Assembly (NCBI GenBank): GCA_965219095.1
Contig: CBDCMT010000001.1
Location: forward strand, 1,504,001-1,568,000
Length of the DNA stretch: 64,000 bases
From: Bdellovibrionales bacterium
Lineage (GTDB): Bacteria > Bdellovibrionota > Bdellovibrionia > Bdellovibrionales > UBA1609
Reading direction: 5' to 3'
Shown: piece by piece, positions 31,068 to 43,637 of the stretch
Layout: each line of letters opens with the position of its first letter
Numbering within the stretch: the stretch's first letter is position 1
The notes under the pieces: generated by a model
Seen by the model: the letters and a program-made list of their open reading frames with translations, nothing else
What the model was told of the DNA's origin: nothing
The model's database searches: none
Program-made: the position numbers and the translations under genes

Positions 31068-33334
31068 CCTGACTTCGACACAACACACTGCAACAAGTGA
31101 ATAATTTCAAATAGTTACAATTTTTGGGGCCACAGGAAATGGTTTTTTAAAGGTCAGCAGATTCAGCAGATATTGTGGGAATGAGGCTCATAGAAGAGTT
31201 TCTTTTAAGCGAAAAAGCACTGTAAATTTCCTCTACTTCCTTTGTACAACCTGAGGGAAGACGATAAAGTTTTTTCGTCTTTTTTTCTTCTAAAATACTG
31301 TACTGATCTCTTTTTAAGATCTTTCTCATTCTTTCAAAGCTTAAATTAAGTCCTGCTTGTTTGAGTTTATAAACCATTGTGTAAGAGATCGCATAGGCTA
31401 AAAAACAAATGGCAATGTGAGTTTCTATTCTTCTTTTTTTCCAATGATAAACAGGCCTCATCTTTAACGTCGTCTTATTCACTCTAAAAGCCTCTTCTAT
31501 TCTCCAAAGACTTCTGTAACGACTTAAAAGCTCACTGGCTGTCTTGTTTTGAACATTTGTTATAATTCCGTGAAGACCGTCCCACAAAGCTTCTTTTTCC
31601 ATTTTCTCCTCATTTATGCTCACTTTCACATTGTCAACTTTAATAAAACGTTTGGTCCCATGATTGGAGATCAACTGACTGAACTTCCCCTGTTTCTTAC
31701 TTTCTTCATCAAACGATTGATCAAACGCTCTCTTTGATTTTGATCTCTTTTGGCTCTTTTGTTCGAATAACTGACTATCAATCTTTTTCCTTCATGCTCT
31801 AGCTCTTTCACCCAAAAAAGATGAGATGTATCACAAGCCACTTGGGTGGGCTTATAGTTTTTATAACTTAAAACCTCTTCTTTTTTCTTGCTAGAAAGGG
31901 ATTTTAACTTTGTAGCCACAACATACTCTATCCCTATCTTATCCATAGTCTCTAAATTCTTTCTTACAAACATAGCTCTATCAGCTACTAAAACAGCTCT
32001 TCTTACATTAAAACGAGTCTTTTGATCTTCCCCCAAAAAAGTGGACAGTTTTTATGTTCTTAAAGCCCTCCTTTGTTTAAATTCTTTTGGGCTCATGTAT
32101 TTCAAGGAAGAATGCATTCTTACCTTGTTATACCAATCCATGTAAATTGCAATTTTTTTCTCCAACTCTTCTTTCGTTGTACAGTCTTTGTATTCCAGTT
32201 CATCTTTCAACGTATGGAAAAAGCTCTCCACAAACGCATTATCATAACAATTTCCTTTCCTAGACATAGATTGCTTGAGGCCAAAGAATTTCAATTCTTT
32301 TCTAAACCCTTCACAACAATATTGAACCCCTTGATCCGAGTGGATTATCAAGCCCTCTAAGTTCCCAGAAACAGATTGGACTGCGGCTCTCAGAGCCTGT
32401 TTTGAATGAACCCCGTCCAAGCTCTCACAGAGCTTCCAAGACTTAATCTCTCGATTATAGACATCTAAAAATACAACCAAATACAGAAATTTATCTCTAA
32501 AAGGAATATAGGTTAAATCCGAACACCATACCTGGTTTTCTTTTCCTGCTTGGCTCTGTCCTGTCTTAAACAACCGAGGAGACTTAATCATGAGAGGGTT
32601 ATTCTTTGTTGTTCTAGGAACATAGGGTTTTTTCTGACGGGCACTGAGATTCTTTAGTTTCATAATTCGAGCTACTTTGTTTTCTCCAGCACTCACTCCG
32701 CAACGCTTTAATTCCCTATACACCCTGGGGGAACCATAACAGCCTTTATTTTTTTTAAAAATAGATTCTATGTTTTTCTCCAGATTTTTATCCTTTTCAA
32801 GCTTTCCCCTGGTTTTTAAAAAACTATAAAAACCAGAACGAGATCCTCTTAATAATTCGCAAATGCGAAGCACTGGATGCCCTTTCTCTTTTACATAAAA
32901 CATAGCCTTAAATCTCATTTCAGGATTTCCTTTGAAAAAAAAGCCGCTGCCTCTTTCAATATACCTACACTCCGCCTCTCATAGACCAGCTCCTTTTTTA
33001 ACCTCTTTATTTCCTCCAATGCCGAAGCCAAGTCATGGGAAGCTTGTCTTTCTACTTCAGGCTTTAGAAAACGCTTCCAAGAGCTTATCACTTGGAAATT
33101 TCTCAGTCCTAGCTTCTCTGAGGCTTCCTTTGCACCTATTTCCTCTGCCAATTCAATGGCTTGCTTTTTAAACTCTTCCGAGTACTGTTTTACTTTTTCC
33201 ATTCTTTCTTTTACCTCCATTTTATGGAGACTTTAAGAGAAAATTGACTGTCCGCAGAAACAGGGGAAGTTCACTTTAGCTTATTTATAGACTCTACCAG
33301 TGTAGCCCCCTCACTATGTTGTGTCGAAGTCAGG
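31068..33334 (-). mobile_element. IS1634-family element lacking the 5' half of its transposase, interrupted by IS3
   Basis: TIR CCTGACTTCGACACAACA; removing IS3 restores EGATLVESINKLKTRFNVRRAVLVADRAM; also WRIEEAFR and RPVYH. Confidence 0.9.
32023..33273 (-). mobile_element. IS3-family copy 1 (orfA 32915-33220, orfB 32052-32918), 4-bp duplication CTTT
   Basis: TG...CA ends; YGSPR, WCSDLTY, HSDQGVQY, GNCYDNAFVESFF. Confidence 0.95.
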
Positions 33335-33399
33335 ACAAGATATAGACCAAACAAAACTAAAGAAAATTAAATCTCGTCATAAGTTTACAGGCTCTGAGT

Positions 33400-34167
33400 C
33401 TATTTACCATAAACCTTTTTAACAGAACTTTTGAGATACTCAGAATTCATTTGAGAGATATAATCTAACTTTATCTCTTTAGGGCAAGCTCTACTACAGG
33501 CTCCCGTATTGCTGCAAGCTCCAAAACCCTCCTCATCCATCTGTTTTACCATATGTAGCACTCTTTGAGGGGCTTCTGTTTGTCCTTGTGGTAAGTAATG
33601 AAGATGAGCTATCTTAGCTGCTACAAATAAATTTGCTGAGGCATTCTTACAAGCCGCAACACATGCCCCACAACCAATACAAGCTGCTGCTAAAAAAGCT
33701 TCATCACTTTTTTTCTTATTCACAGGCAAGCTATTAGCCTCAGGAGCACTTCCCGTATTGACAGAAATAAAGCCCCCTTTTTCTACAAGACGATCAAAAG
33801 CACTTCTGTCAACAATCAAATCCCTCACCACAGGAAAAGCTTTCGCCCTGAAAGGCTCCACTGTAATTCTACTTTGATCAGGAAAATGTCTCATATGAAG
33901 CTGACACGTAGTTGTCGCTTTCATAGGCCCATGAGCCTCTCCATTGATCATAAGAGCACAAGAGCCACAAATTCCCTCCCTACAATCGTGATCAAATTCA
34001 ATAGATCTCTTGTTTTGATGAAGACGTTTTTCGTTCATATCATCTAACATTTCTAGAAAAGACATATCAACAGAAACATCTTTAGCCTCATAAGAAATAA
34101 AAGATCCTTTTTGACTAAAATTATCTTGCTTCCATACTTTCAAATAAAACGATCTTTTTTCAGACAT
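33400..34167 (-). CDS. sdhB: succinate dehydrogenase/fumarate reductase Fe-S subunit
   Basis: [36 protein letters not shown]. Confidence 0.95.
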   Translation of the reverse strand: MSEKRSFYLKVWKQDNFSQKGSFISYEAKDVSVDMSFLEMLDDMNEKRLHQNKRSIEFDHDCREGICGSCALMINGEAHGPMKATTTCQLHMRHFPDQSRITVEPFRAKAFPVVRDLIVDRSAFDRLVEKGGFISVNTGSAPEANSLPVNKKKSDEAFLAAACIGCGACVAACKNASANLFVAAKIAHLHYLPQGQTEAPQRVLHMVKQMDEEGFGACSNTGACSRACPKEIKLDYISQMNSEYLKSSVKKVYGK

Positions 34168-34187
34168 ACAATCTCTTTAGCTTTACT

Positions 34188-34221
34188 TCCTAATTACCAT
34201 TGAATCCTAATTACCATTGAA
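34188..34221. repeat. 17-bp tandem duplication upstream of sdhB
   Basis: TCCTAATTACCATTGAA twice. Confidence 0.9.
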
Positions 34222-34396
34222 CAAGGAAGCCATTTTTTATATTTAACCCCATATAATGTTTTCCAGTCAAGACATTTTGTGGATCTGTTGTTAATTTCAA
34301 ATTCAACCTTCTTTCATACAAAACCTAAGATTGAACTGCAATTTGGTTTTTTGATAACTTTGCTTTAAAAGCCCTTTTTGATAAAAACTAAGCTTA

Positions 34397-37177
34397 TACC
34401 AATTACAGAAATTAATTCGACATTTTCATGTTCAAATTTAAAATTTTAAAATTGACTTAAGGAAAAGCTTCAGTTAGGAGATTTTAAAAAAACTTCTTTT
34501 AAGGTGAGTTTAAGTTTTCATAAGATAAGTTTATTTCAGGTATATCTATTTGTTGTGTGAATCGATTGATGGGTTAAAATAAGTGAAAAAGTGAGGGTAA
34601 AATTTAAAATGACAAAAATCAGTTAAACAATTTAATTTATAGGTTCAAATTAATTTACAAGCTTGATTCATCTTGTTGTTTTGCCCAAGATCGAGTGCAT
34701 AATTTTTTAATCCTGCCCTCCTGATCGCAAAAAGTATTCCAGGCCTCACAACAAGTATTCACTATATGGTCATAGTTTTTAAAACATGCATTCGATAATT
34801 TGATCCTTCGTAATTGTTGCCAGACTTGTTCCATGGGATTTAATTCTGGACTATAAGGAGGTAAAGGCATCAGGGATAAATTCTTAGGAACTATCAAAGT
34901 CTCTGTGGTATGCCAACTGGCTCTGTCCATTAAAACAATTCCATGATAGTTTTCTTGAATATTTTGGCTCCTCCCGGGAATCTGTGGGTGAAAAGTAGTA
35001 GAAATCCCCCAAAAAGGCTCATATTAATCAAAGCAAGAGTAAGACATTCTATCTTGTATTTTTGAGTTCTTTGAGGCCTTACTGGCCTCTATCACCTCCG
35101 GTGATTGAACTCAAAAACATTCATTTTATTTGCTTTTATTTGCTGTGTTACATTAAAATTTTAAAAAAGAAGCACCTACTTCCCAGATGCCTTAAAATGT
35201 TATTCAAAAAAAAAAAAAGGAGGGAAGAGATGCTTTTGAAGACTATACTAAATGATTGTTTAAGATGGAAGTCTTTTGTGTACGAAGACATTTATTTTTC
35301 AAAAGATAGAAAGTCAATTAATGTTCCTATTAAGGCTCGTAAAAATGGCCAAGCTTTTTGTAGTGTTTGTAAGAAGCCCTGTTCAGTGTATGACAGCAGT
35401 AAATCATCACGGGACTTTGAATCCCTTCCTATTTTAAGTTACAGGGTGTTCTTTGTTTATGCTGTAAGAAGAGTCAATTGTCCTTGCTGTGGGGTAAAAG
35501 TTGAACATTTACCTTGGGCCGATGGTAAGAAGAGTTTAACGATCTTTTACATGAAGTACTTAGCAGACTGGTGTCGTCACCTGTCTTGGAAAGAGGTTTC
35601 TTGTAAGTTTCATGTCAGTTGGAATCAGGTCTATGCTTCGGTAGAATGGGTCGTAGAATATGGTTTAAAACAAAGGGTTTTAAAGGGAATACAAGCTATA
35701 GGTGTAGATGAAATACAATGGAAAAAGAACCATCAGTATCTCACCTTAGTCTATGAAATAAGCAAAACCCGTGTACGCTTGTTGTGGATAGGAGAAAAAA
35801 GAACAGAAAAGAGTTTTAGAAAATTCTTTGATTTACTAGGAGAGAAGTCAAAAGAGATAAAGAAGATGGGTATGAACCCCTTTTAACAAAAGCTAGATGG
35901 CCCTTGTTAAAAAATGCAGAAAATTTAAAATCTTATGAGAAAGTAAAATTAAGGCATTTAATACAGTACAATTTAAAAAGTATCCGCTGTTATTTTTTAA
36001 AAGAAGACTTCCGACAGTTATGGACCTATGTTTCACCAACTTGGGCTGGTAAATTTATAGACAGTTGGACGAGACGAGTCATGCTTTCAAAAATTGAACC
36101 TATGAAAAGAGAAGCAAAAACCATACGAAGACATAAGCTACTTATTCTTAATTACTTCAAGGCTAAAAAAGCCTTCTCCTCAGGGATTGTAGAGGGTTTA
36201 AACAACAAAGTAAAACTCACTATGAGAAAATCTTACGGCTTTAGAACCTCTAAAGCTATAAAAATCGCCTTATATCATAACCTTGGAAAACTGCCAGAAC
36301 CTCCGGGAACCCACAGATTCTTTTGAGGAGGCAATATTTTTAGATATCTCATCTAAGTGAATTTGCATCATCCCTGAATTACATTCCGGTAAAATCCAAG
36401 CACAGCCTTTATCTTTATCCGGACAAACTGCTCCAAAAATATAAGTGGATAAAAATTGTCTTTGCCTCACAACTCTAGGCCGTGTGCCTTTTCTTGCCCA
36501 AATCCTGCTCAAAGAACCTTGCTGAGCTTATTCTGCATTCATCCTGCCACCAAATCTCTATTTTATGAGTCTGAATCTTTTCTTTTATTTTCTCCACCTC
36601 TTCTGGAAAATGTTCCTTAAACTCTTCCGAGTACTGTTTTACTTTTTCCATTCTTTCTTTTACCTCCATTTTATGGAGACTTTAAGAGAAAATTGACTGT
36701 CCGCAGAAACAGGGGAAGTTCACAGTCAAATTCATCTGCTAAAAGTTCCTGTATTCCCTTTGCTCCTATGCTTCCTCCTTCTCTTTTGTCTTGAATTTCA
36801 TCTAACTTGATTTTGAAGTTCTCTTCTTCTGTCACTGGTAAACGAGGCTTGCGTCCTCTGCCTTCTCGATCTATCAATCCCTCGTAATCAAAGTCTACAA
36901 AAAAAGACTGTAACCAGGATTTGATACTGTGATGATGATAGAAAACTATACCTGCTGTTTCTTGAATCGATTTTCCGTCTTGCATATGTTGCAAAGCTTG
37001 GAGTTTTATCTTGATGTTGGCACTTCTTTCCACTTTGTAAGTAGCCAGAAAATCATACCCTTGAATCTGTGTAACTAAATCTTTTTTCGACATGACTCTA
37101 AAAATTTAACAGAGTTTTATCAAAAAGCCAGGACGCAATGAGTTAAAAAAATGTCGAATTAATTTTTGGAAATGGTA
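34397..37177 (-). mobile_element. IS630 type 1, copy B (TTA duplicated), containing ISL3 and an IS3 left-end remnant (about 36620-36723)
   Basis: Both TIRs; ORF pieces at 34655-34930, 36333-36620 and 36724-37093. Confidence 0.9.
34966..36332 (+). mobile_element. ISL3 copy 2, internally deleted, 8-bp duplication AATATTTT
   Basis: Both ends and the duplication are present; deletion junction near 35855. Confidence 0.92.
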
Positions 37178-37222
37178 TTACCATAAGTTTGTAAAGAGGT
37201 TTCTTTTTTTCTTAAATTTATC

Positions 37223-40145
37223 GCCTCCTCAAAAGAATCTGTGGGTTCCCGGAGGTTCTGGCAGTTTTCCAAGGTTATGATATAAGGCGATTTTTATAGC
37301 TTTAGAGGTTCTAAAGCCGTAAGATTTTCTCATAGTGAGTTTTACTTTGTTGTTTAAACCCTCTACAATCCCTGAGGAGAAGGTTTTTTTAGCCTTGAAG
37401 TAATTAAGAATAAGTAGCTTATGTCTTCGTATGGTTTTTGCTTTTCTTTTCATAGGTTCAATTTTTGAAAGCATGACTCGTCTCGTCCAACTGTCTATAA
37501 ATTTACCAGCCCAAGTTGGTGGAACATAGGTCCATAACTGTCGGAAGTCTTCTTTTAAAAAATAACAGCGGATACTTTTTAAATTGTACTGTATTAAATG
37601 CCTTAATTTTACTTTTTCATAAGATTTTAAATTTTCTGCATTTTTTAACAAGGGCCATCTAGCTTTTGTTAAAAGGGGTTCATACCCGTCTTCTTTCATT
37701 TTTTTGTGTTCTGAAGCTCTCACTTCGTCTAAAGCCTTATTGAGTCTTGCTACGATATGAAACCGATCTAATATGTGTAAAGCTCCACTTGCCCTCTCCT
37801 TTATGACTTTTAAATAAGGCTTCCACATATCAGAACACACAAACCGTATATCTTTTGACTTCTCTCCTAGTAAATCAAAGAATTTTCTAAAACTCTTTTC
37901 TGTTCTTTTTTCTCCTATCCATAGCAAACGAACACTTTCTTTGCTTATTTCATAGACTAAGGTGAGATACTGATGGTTCTTTTTCCATTGTATTTCATCT
38001 ACACCTATAGCTTGTATTCCCTTTAAAACCCTTTGTTTTAAACCATATTCTACGACCCATTCTACCGAAGCATAGACCTGATTCGAGGATGTCCCATTTC
38101 TCGGTGGAATTCTGTTCAAAAATGGAGCAGATAAGAGGACTCCCTGGTGGATTTTTAAGTCCACCTAGGATTTAATAAATATTTAGAATGAATTAAAAAT
38201 TAAACAAAAGGAGTCCAAAATGAAGAATACAAAAGAAAAAATATCAATTCAAGAACTATCGGATCACAAGGAGATTCAAGATGCTGTTCATAACTATATG
38301 AAGCATAGAATTCTTGACGTAATCTACTGGATATTTAATGACGAAGTCACTAAGCTCTGTGGTCCACTATACGATCGAGAGGAAGAATGCATGCGAAATG
38401 GAAGCGATCCTGGGTCTGTTTATGCTCAAGGACAAAGAGTTTCGATTCGAAAGCCCAGAGTTAAAAAAGACGGAAAAGATGTCAAACTGCGAACATACTC
38501 TGCTTTGAGAAACTACGATGTTTTCACTGAAAAGATTCAGAACCACCTTCTCCATGGAGTTTCAACAAGGGACTACGATCCTCTTTTAGAGGAGATCTCT
38601 GGTGGCACAGGAGTTAAGAAGAGTTCTGTTTCTAGAGCTTTTGTAAATTCCTCTAAGAAGGCTTTAGATGAGATAAGCTCTAAGGACTTGTCTAAGCATG
38701 AGTTTGTTTCAGTCATGATAGATGGAGTAGGCTTTGGAGATCGTACAGTGGTGGTTGCTTTAGGTATCGACGTGACGGGCAAAAAGCACATTATAGGGTT
38801 ACGAGAAGGAACTACAGAAAATTGCGAGCTGACAAAAGATCTTTTAGAGAACCTTGTTTCTAGAGGTATGGATTCAGATAAGGGCTATCTTTTTGTTATT
38901 GATGGTTCTAAAGCTCTAAGGAAGGCTATCAAGGCAGTTTGGGGAAAAAAGTCTGTTGTTCAACGTTGCATTCGTCACAAAGAAAGAAATATCCTCAATT
39001 ATTTGCCAAAAGAAAGACATCAAGAGTTTCGCATTCGTTGGAAAAGACTTCATGGTTCAGTAGATTATGAATCGGCTTTGAAAGAGCATGAGGAGTTAGT
39101 TTGTTGGTTGAAACAGATCAACCATTCAGCTTTAGAATCTCTTGAAGAAGCTTGTAAGGAGACTTTGACTGTGATTCGTCTTAAAGCTACCCCCTCCTTA
39201 AAAAAGACTTTACTGTCTACAAATCCTATAGAGTCCATGTTTTCCTACACAAGGTATAGAACAGGGAGAGTTAAGAACTGGAAAAGAGGAGCAGACCAAG
39301 TGAGTCGTTGGGCTGCTGTTACTCTCTTTGATGCTGAGAAAAGATTTAAACGAATCAGAGGCTTTATGTATTTAAAAAACTTTAAAGAAAACTTAGAAAA
39401 AATGGTTGCAAAACAAAGAAAGGTCGCTTAAACATGAAATCGCCCTCTAACTAATTCCACCGAGAAATGGGACATCCTCCCTGATTCCAACTGACATGAA
39501 ACTTACAAGAAACCTCTTTCCAAGACAGGTGACGACACCAGTCTGCTAAGTACTTCATGTAAAAGATCGTTAAACTCTTCTTACCATCGGCCCAAGGTAA
39601 ATGTTCAACTTTTACCCCACAGCAAGGACAATTGACTCTTCTTACAGCATAAACAAAGAACACCCTGTAACTTAAAATAGGAAGGGATTCAAAGTCCCAT
39701 GATGATTTACTGCTGTCATACACTGAACAGGGCTTCTTACAAACACTACAAAAAGCTTGGCCATTTTTACGAGCCTTAATAGGAACATTAATTGACTTTC
39801 TATCTTTTGAAAAATAAATGTCTTCGTACACAAAAGACTTCCATCTTAAACAATCATTTAGTATAGTCTTCAAAAGCATCTCTTCCCTCCTTTTTTTTTT
39901 TTTGAATAACATTTTAAGGCATCTGGGAAGTAGGTACTTCTTTTTTAAAATTTTAATGTAACACAGCAAATAAAAGCAAATAAAATGAATGTTTTTGAGT
40001 TCAATCGCCAAAGGCGATAGAGGCCAGTAAGGGCCTCAAAGAACTCAAAAATACAAGATAGGATGTCTTACTCTTACTTTGATTAATATGAGCCTTTTTG
40101 GGGGATTTCTAGCTACTTTTCACCCACAGATTCCCGGGAGGAGCC
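37223..40145 (-). mobile_element. ISL3 copy 3, 8-bp duplication AATTTATC, interrupted by IS256
   Basis: Duplication at 37215-37222 and 40146-40153. Confidence 0.93.
38085..39479 (+). mobile_element. IS256-family element with intact transposase (38220-39431), 8-bp duplication CCTGATTC
   Basis: 27-bp TIR GAGGATGTCCCATTTCTCGGTGGAATT; GVSTR, MIDG, VIDG, QRCIRHK, STNPIES. Confidence 0.95.
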
Positions 40146-40192
40146 AATTTATCATTCTCCTCTCTTGCTAAATAAATTGATTCTGGGGTTTT

Positions 40193-42109
40193 TTATTTAT
40201 AACTTCTTTGCGAAGGATTAACTGTTTTAAAAATCAATTCTTCCTTATTTCTCTTCCACTGACCTTGTTCTTTCCAATCCCAACAAGCTACATGGGAGAA
40301 GGCCTCATCATTCCTTTGAGCTTCATGATCAGTTGTTTGGTATTCCTCCCTAAAATGTCCTCCACAAGATTCCTTTCTTTCTAAAGCATCTTGTGCCATA
40401 AGTTCACCTAGTTCTAAAAAATCTGCCACTCTAAAGGCTTTCTCTAACTCTGAGTTCTTAAAATTTGCCTCCCCTAAAACCTTCACATTATTCCAGAACT
40501 CTTGTCTTAAATTACAAATCTCTTTTTTAGCTTTTTTTAAACTCTTTTCACTTCTCAGCATTCCCACATGCTCCCACATAAGATTTCCTAACTTCCTGTG
40601 AAATTCATCCACTGTTTTTGAGCCCTTTATATTAAGAAGTTGACGCAAAGTCTTTTCTGATTCACTTTTACTTTCTCGAAAAGCTTCATGACATGTGGTA
40701 ATTTCAGGGTGATTATGGGAAGCTAAAAAATGACCGATAGTGTAGGGAATGATAAAATAACCGTCAGCTAAACCCTGCATTAAAGCACTTGCTCCTAAAC
40801 GGTTAGCTCCATGATCTGAAAAATTAGCTTCCCCCAAAACATGCAATCCCTCAATAGTCGTCTGCAAATTATAATCCACCCATAACCCTCCCATAGTGTA
40901 ATGAACAGCAGGATAAATTCTCATAGGTCTTTGATAAGGATTTTCTCCTGTGATCTTTTCATACATTTGAAAAAGATTTCCATACTTACTTGCAATCGTT
41001 TTCTCCCCTTGCGTTGCAATGGCTTTGGTAAAATCTAAATAAACAGCAACTCCTGTTTCTCCTACCCCTCTTCCTTCATCAACACGAAATTTAGCTTGTC
41101 TTGAAGCCACATCACGAGGAACAAGGTTTCCAAAACTAGGATAAATTCTTTCCAGGTAATAATCTCTTTCTGATTCGGGAATTTGTAAAGGGCTTTTCTT
41201 ACAGGTTTTTTCTTTTGGCACCCAAACACGGCCATCGTTTCTTAAAGATTCAGACATTAACGTAAGTTTAGACTGCTTGTCTCCTGTAACAGGAATACAG
41301 GTTGGATGGATCTGTGTATAACAGGGGTTGGCAAAAAAAGCACCCTTTTTATGACACCTCCAACTTGCCGTTACATTAGACTGTTTAGCATTGGTAGACA
41401 AATAAAATACATTCCCATAACCACCTGTTGCTAAAACAACAGCGTGAGCTTTGTAACTTTCAATTTCACCTGTAATGAGGTTTCTTGTTGTAATCCCTTG
41501 GGCCCTATGATTAACGCAAACTAAATCCAACATCTCTTGTCTTGGAAAAAGTTTGATTTGTCCTTTACTGACTTGCCTCATCATAGCAGAGTAAGCTCCT
41601 AAAAGAAGCTGTTGTCCTGTTTGTCCTTTCGCATAAAAAGTTCTTGAAACTTGAGCCCCTCCAAAAGAGCGGTTGGTTAAATAACCACCATATTCTCTCG
41701 CAAAAGGAACCCCTTGGGCCACACACTGATCAATAATATTATTGGAAATCTCTGCTAGACGGTAAACATTAGACTCTCTAGAACGATAATCCCCTCCTTT
41801 AATAGTGTCATAAAAAAGACGATATGTAGAATCACCATCATTGGGATAATTTTTAGCAGCGTTGATTCCTCCTTGAGCAGCAATGGAATGAGCTCTTCTT
41901 GGAGAATCATGAATGCAAAAAACTTTTACCCTATAACCTAACTCTGCTAAAGAAGCACTAGCAGAAGCTCCGGCTAAACCTGTTCCTACAACAATAATTT
42001 CAAATTTTTTCTTATTGGCCGGATTGACAAGTTTCATGGAAAACTTATGATGTCTCCATTGATCTGACAAAGGCCCTGAGGGGACATGATTTTTAAGCTT
42101 TTCTAGCAT
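40193..42109 (-). CDS. sdhA: succinate dehydrogenase/fumarate reductase flavoprotein
   Basis: [35 protein letters not shown]. Confidence 0.96.
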   Translation of the reverse strand: MLEKLKNHVPSGPLSDQWRHHKFSMKLVNPANKKKFEIIVVGTGLAGASASASLAELGYRVKVFCIHDSPRRAHSIAAQGGINAAKNYPNDGDSTYRLFYDTIKGGDYRSRESNVYRLAEISNNIIDQCVAQGVPFAREYGGYLTNRSFGGAQVSRTFYAKGQTGQQLLLGAYSAMMRQVSKGQIKLFPRQEMLDLVCVNHRAQGITTRNLITGEIESYKAHAVVLATGGYGNVFYLSTNAKQSNVTASWRCHKKGAFFANPCYTQIHPTCIPVTGDKQSKLTLMSESLRNDGRVWVPKEKTCKKSPLQIPESERDYYLERIYPSFGNLVPRDVASRQAKFRVDEGRGVGETGVAVYLDFTKAIATQGEKTIASKYGNLFQMYEKITGENPYQRPMRIYPAVHYTMGGLWVDYNLQTTIEGLHVLGEANFSDHGANRLGASALMQGLADGYFIIPYTIGHFLASHNHPEITTCHEAFRESKSESEKTLRQLLNIKGSKTVDEFHRKLGNLMWEHVGMLRSEKSLKKAKKEICNLRQEFWNNVKVLGEANFKNSELEKAFRVADFLELGELMAQDALERKESCGGHFREEYQTTDHEAQRNDEAFSHVACWDWKEQGQWKRNKEELIFKTVNPSQRSYK

Positions 42110-42477
42110 ATTTAGCTCTTACTATAATCTACAAAAATGTATAAAGACAAGAAACTTTTATATAATTTTGCAAAATTTTTATCAAAACCTCTAATATCCA
42201 ACCACAGCCTTTTTCCTCTTAATTACAAAAGATACTGGACTAAAGAAGAAAGTCTTAAAGGCTACTACACAGCATGTAAAATACTTTGGCCTTTATCTTT
42301 ATAACTTTAGTAGGTTTTTTAAAAAGAGCTAACCCTTTGTCATGAGGAAAATAAGGAAGAGAAAATTTTATCTCTTTTGTGTTATAATGAAAGTCACCTA
42401 GTTATGAGAATAAAAAATTTAAAACTTTTATTATTAATCAATTTTTATACAATATTCAAACAAAAAAAGAGAATCTT

Positions 42478-43002
42478 ATGAACATAAAATTAAAAACTAT
42501 TATATTATCTGTTTTTTTTATACTCTCTTCTTGCAACGACACAAAGAATGATAAACTTGAGAGTAAAATCGAAGAACCTTTTGAGCCAAGCCCTTATCAC
42601 AAATGTCCCCTTCACAAATGTTCTAATTTAGTTCGTTATGTACGAGTACAAAATTATCAAAACGGTGGTCTTATAGAAGAACGTAATCGTTCAAAAGATT
42701 TACTTGCTCGTTGTGATTTCGGCCCTGAGGGTACTATGAATCCTTGGCTCTCTGATCTTTGTAAAAGCACAGAAACTAAAAATACAAAGTCTACCGACCC
42801 CATAAAGCAATCTCTCATAGAAGAGTTTTTTGTTTTAAGCTTTGAACCTGATCTTGATACTCTTGAAATTGAAACATTTCCCCCTATTCCTCACCTTCGT
42901 TATAACATTAGGGGAAGGGTTTTAGATTTCAAGCAATTTCTGACTCCTGAAATTCAAATTCTCATAACTTATAAGAAAAAAACTATAGAAGAAAATCAAT
43001 GA
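42478..43002 (+). CDS. lipoprotein with 4-Cys module and small C-terminal beta domain (paralog 1)
   Basis: Lipobox LSSC; paralogous to 43295 and 43638. Confidence 0.8.
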   Translation: MNIKLKTIILSVFFILSSCNDTKNDKLESKIEEPFEPSPYHKCPLHKCSNLVRYVRVQNYQNGGLIEERNRSKDLLARCDFGPEGTMNPWLSDLCKSTETKNTKSTDPIKQSLIEEFFVLSFEPDLDTLEIETFPPIPHLRYNIRGRVLDFKQFLTPEIQILITYKKKTIEENQ

Positions 43003-43294
43003 AGCTACCTAATCGTAATAAGAACTTAAGTTAAGATTTTTTTAGATATTTTAAGTAGTTATGAAATTTGAATTTTCATTTGTTCAGTCAGAAAGAGCCT
43101 CTCCAGGTTTCTACGGATTCTTTCAAAGAGGCCTACAAATTAAAATCCATAATATACCAATCAAGACCTCGTCATCATTTTGACCCGTCAATAGGCTATT
43201 TTTAAAAAAGATTAAACTTTTGTCCTAAAAAGATTCTAACAAAAAACCTATGCAGGTTCGATAAGTACTTGAACAATAAAAACGGGAGGGTTTC

Positions 43295-43600
43295 ATGAGT
43301 ACAAAAGTAAAGATTCTTTTATCAATGGTTTTTATCTTTCTGATTTCATGTAATGAAAATGAAGAGGATTTGAGTCAGGAAGAAAGCAGTATTCATAGTC
43401 CTTTATCTTATCTGTGTGAAAGGCATAAATGTTCTGATTTTGTTGATTTTCATCGCACTCTCTGGAATCAATGGCAAAACGGAGGGGAAATTTATGAACA
43501 TGATTCTTCTGGAGAAGTGTTAGCAGTATGCACTTTTGGACCTGATCGGAAATATGAAACTCAATTAACAGAAAAATGTGAAGAGCTTTCACAAAAATAA
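43295..43600 (+). CDS. lipoprotein with 4-Cys module only (paralog 2)
   Basis: Lipobox LISC; CERHKCS..QNGGEIYE..LAVCTFGP..LTEKC; SD GGGAGG. Confidence 0.8.
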   Translation: MSTKVKILLSMVFIFLISCNENEEDLSQEESSIHSPLSYLCERHKCSDFVDFHRTLWNQWQNGGEIYEHDSSGEVLAVCTFGPDRKYETQLTEKCEELSQK

Positions 43601-43637
43601 AAGCCCATAAACTAAAATAAAAAAAGGAGGTATTTCC

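Noticed and set aside
30759..31088. 109-aa ORF that looks like a second sdhB or a ferredoxin
   Set aside because: It is the duplicated sdhB 3' part read from inside the IS1634 TIR, not an independent gene.
36475..36669. IS3 orfA-IS630 fusion ORF
   Set aside because: Product of a deletion junction; runs out of frame after QDE.
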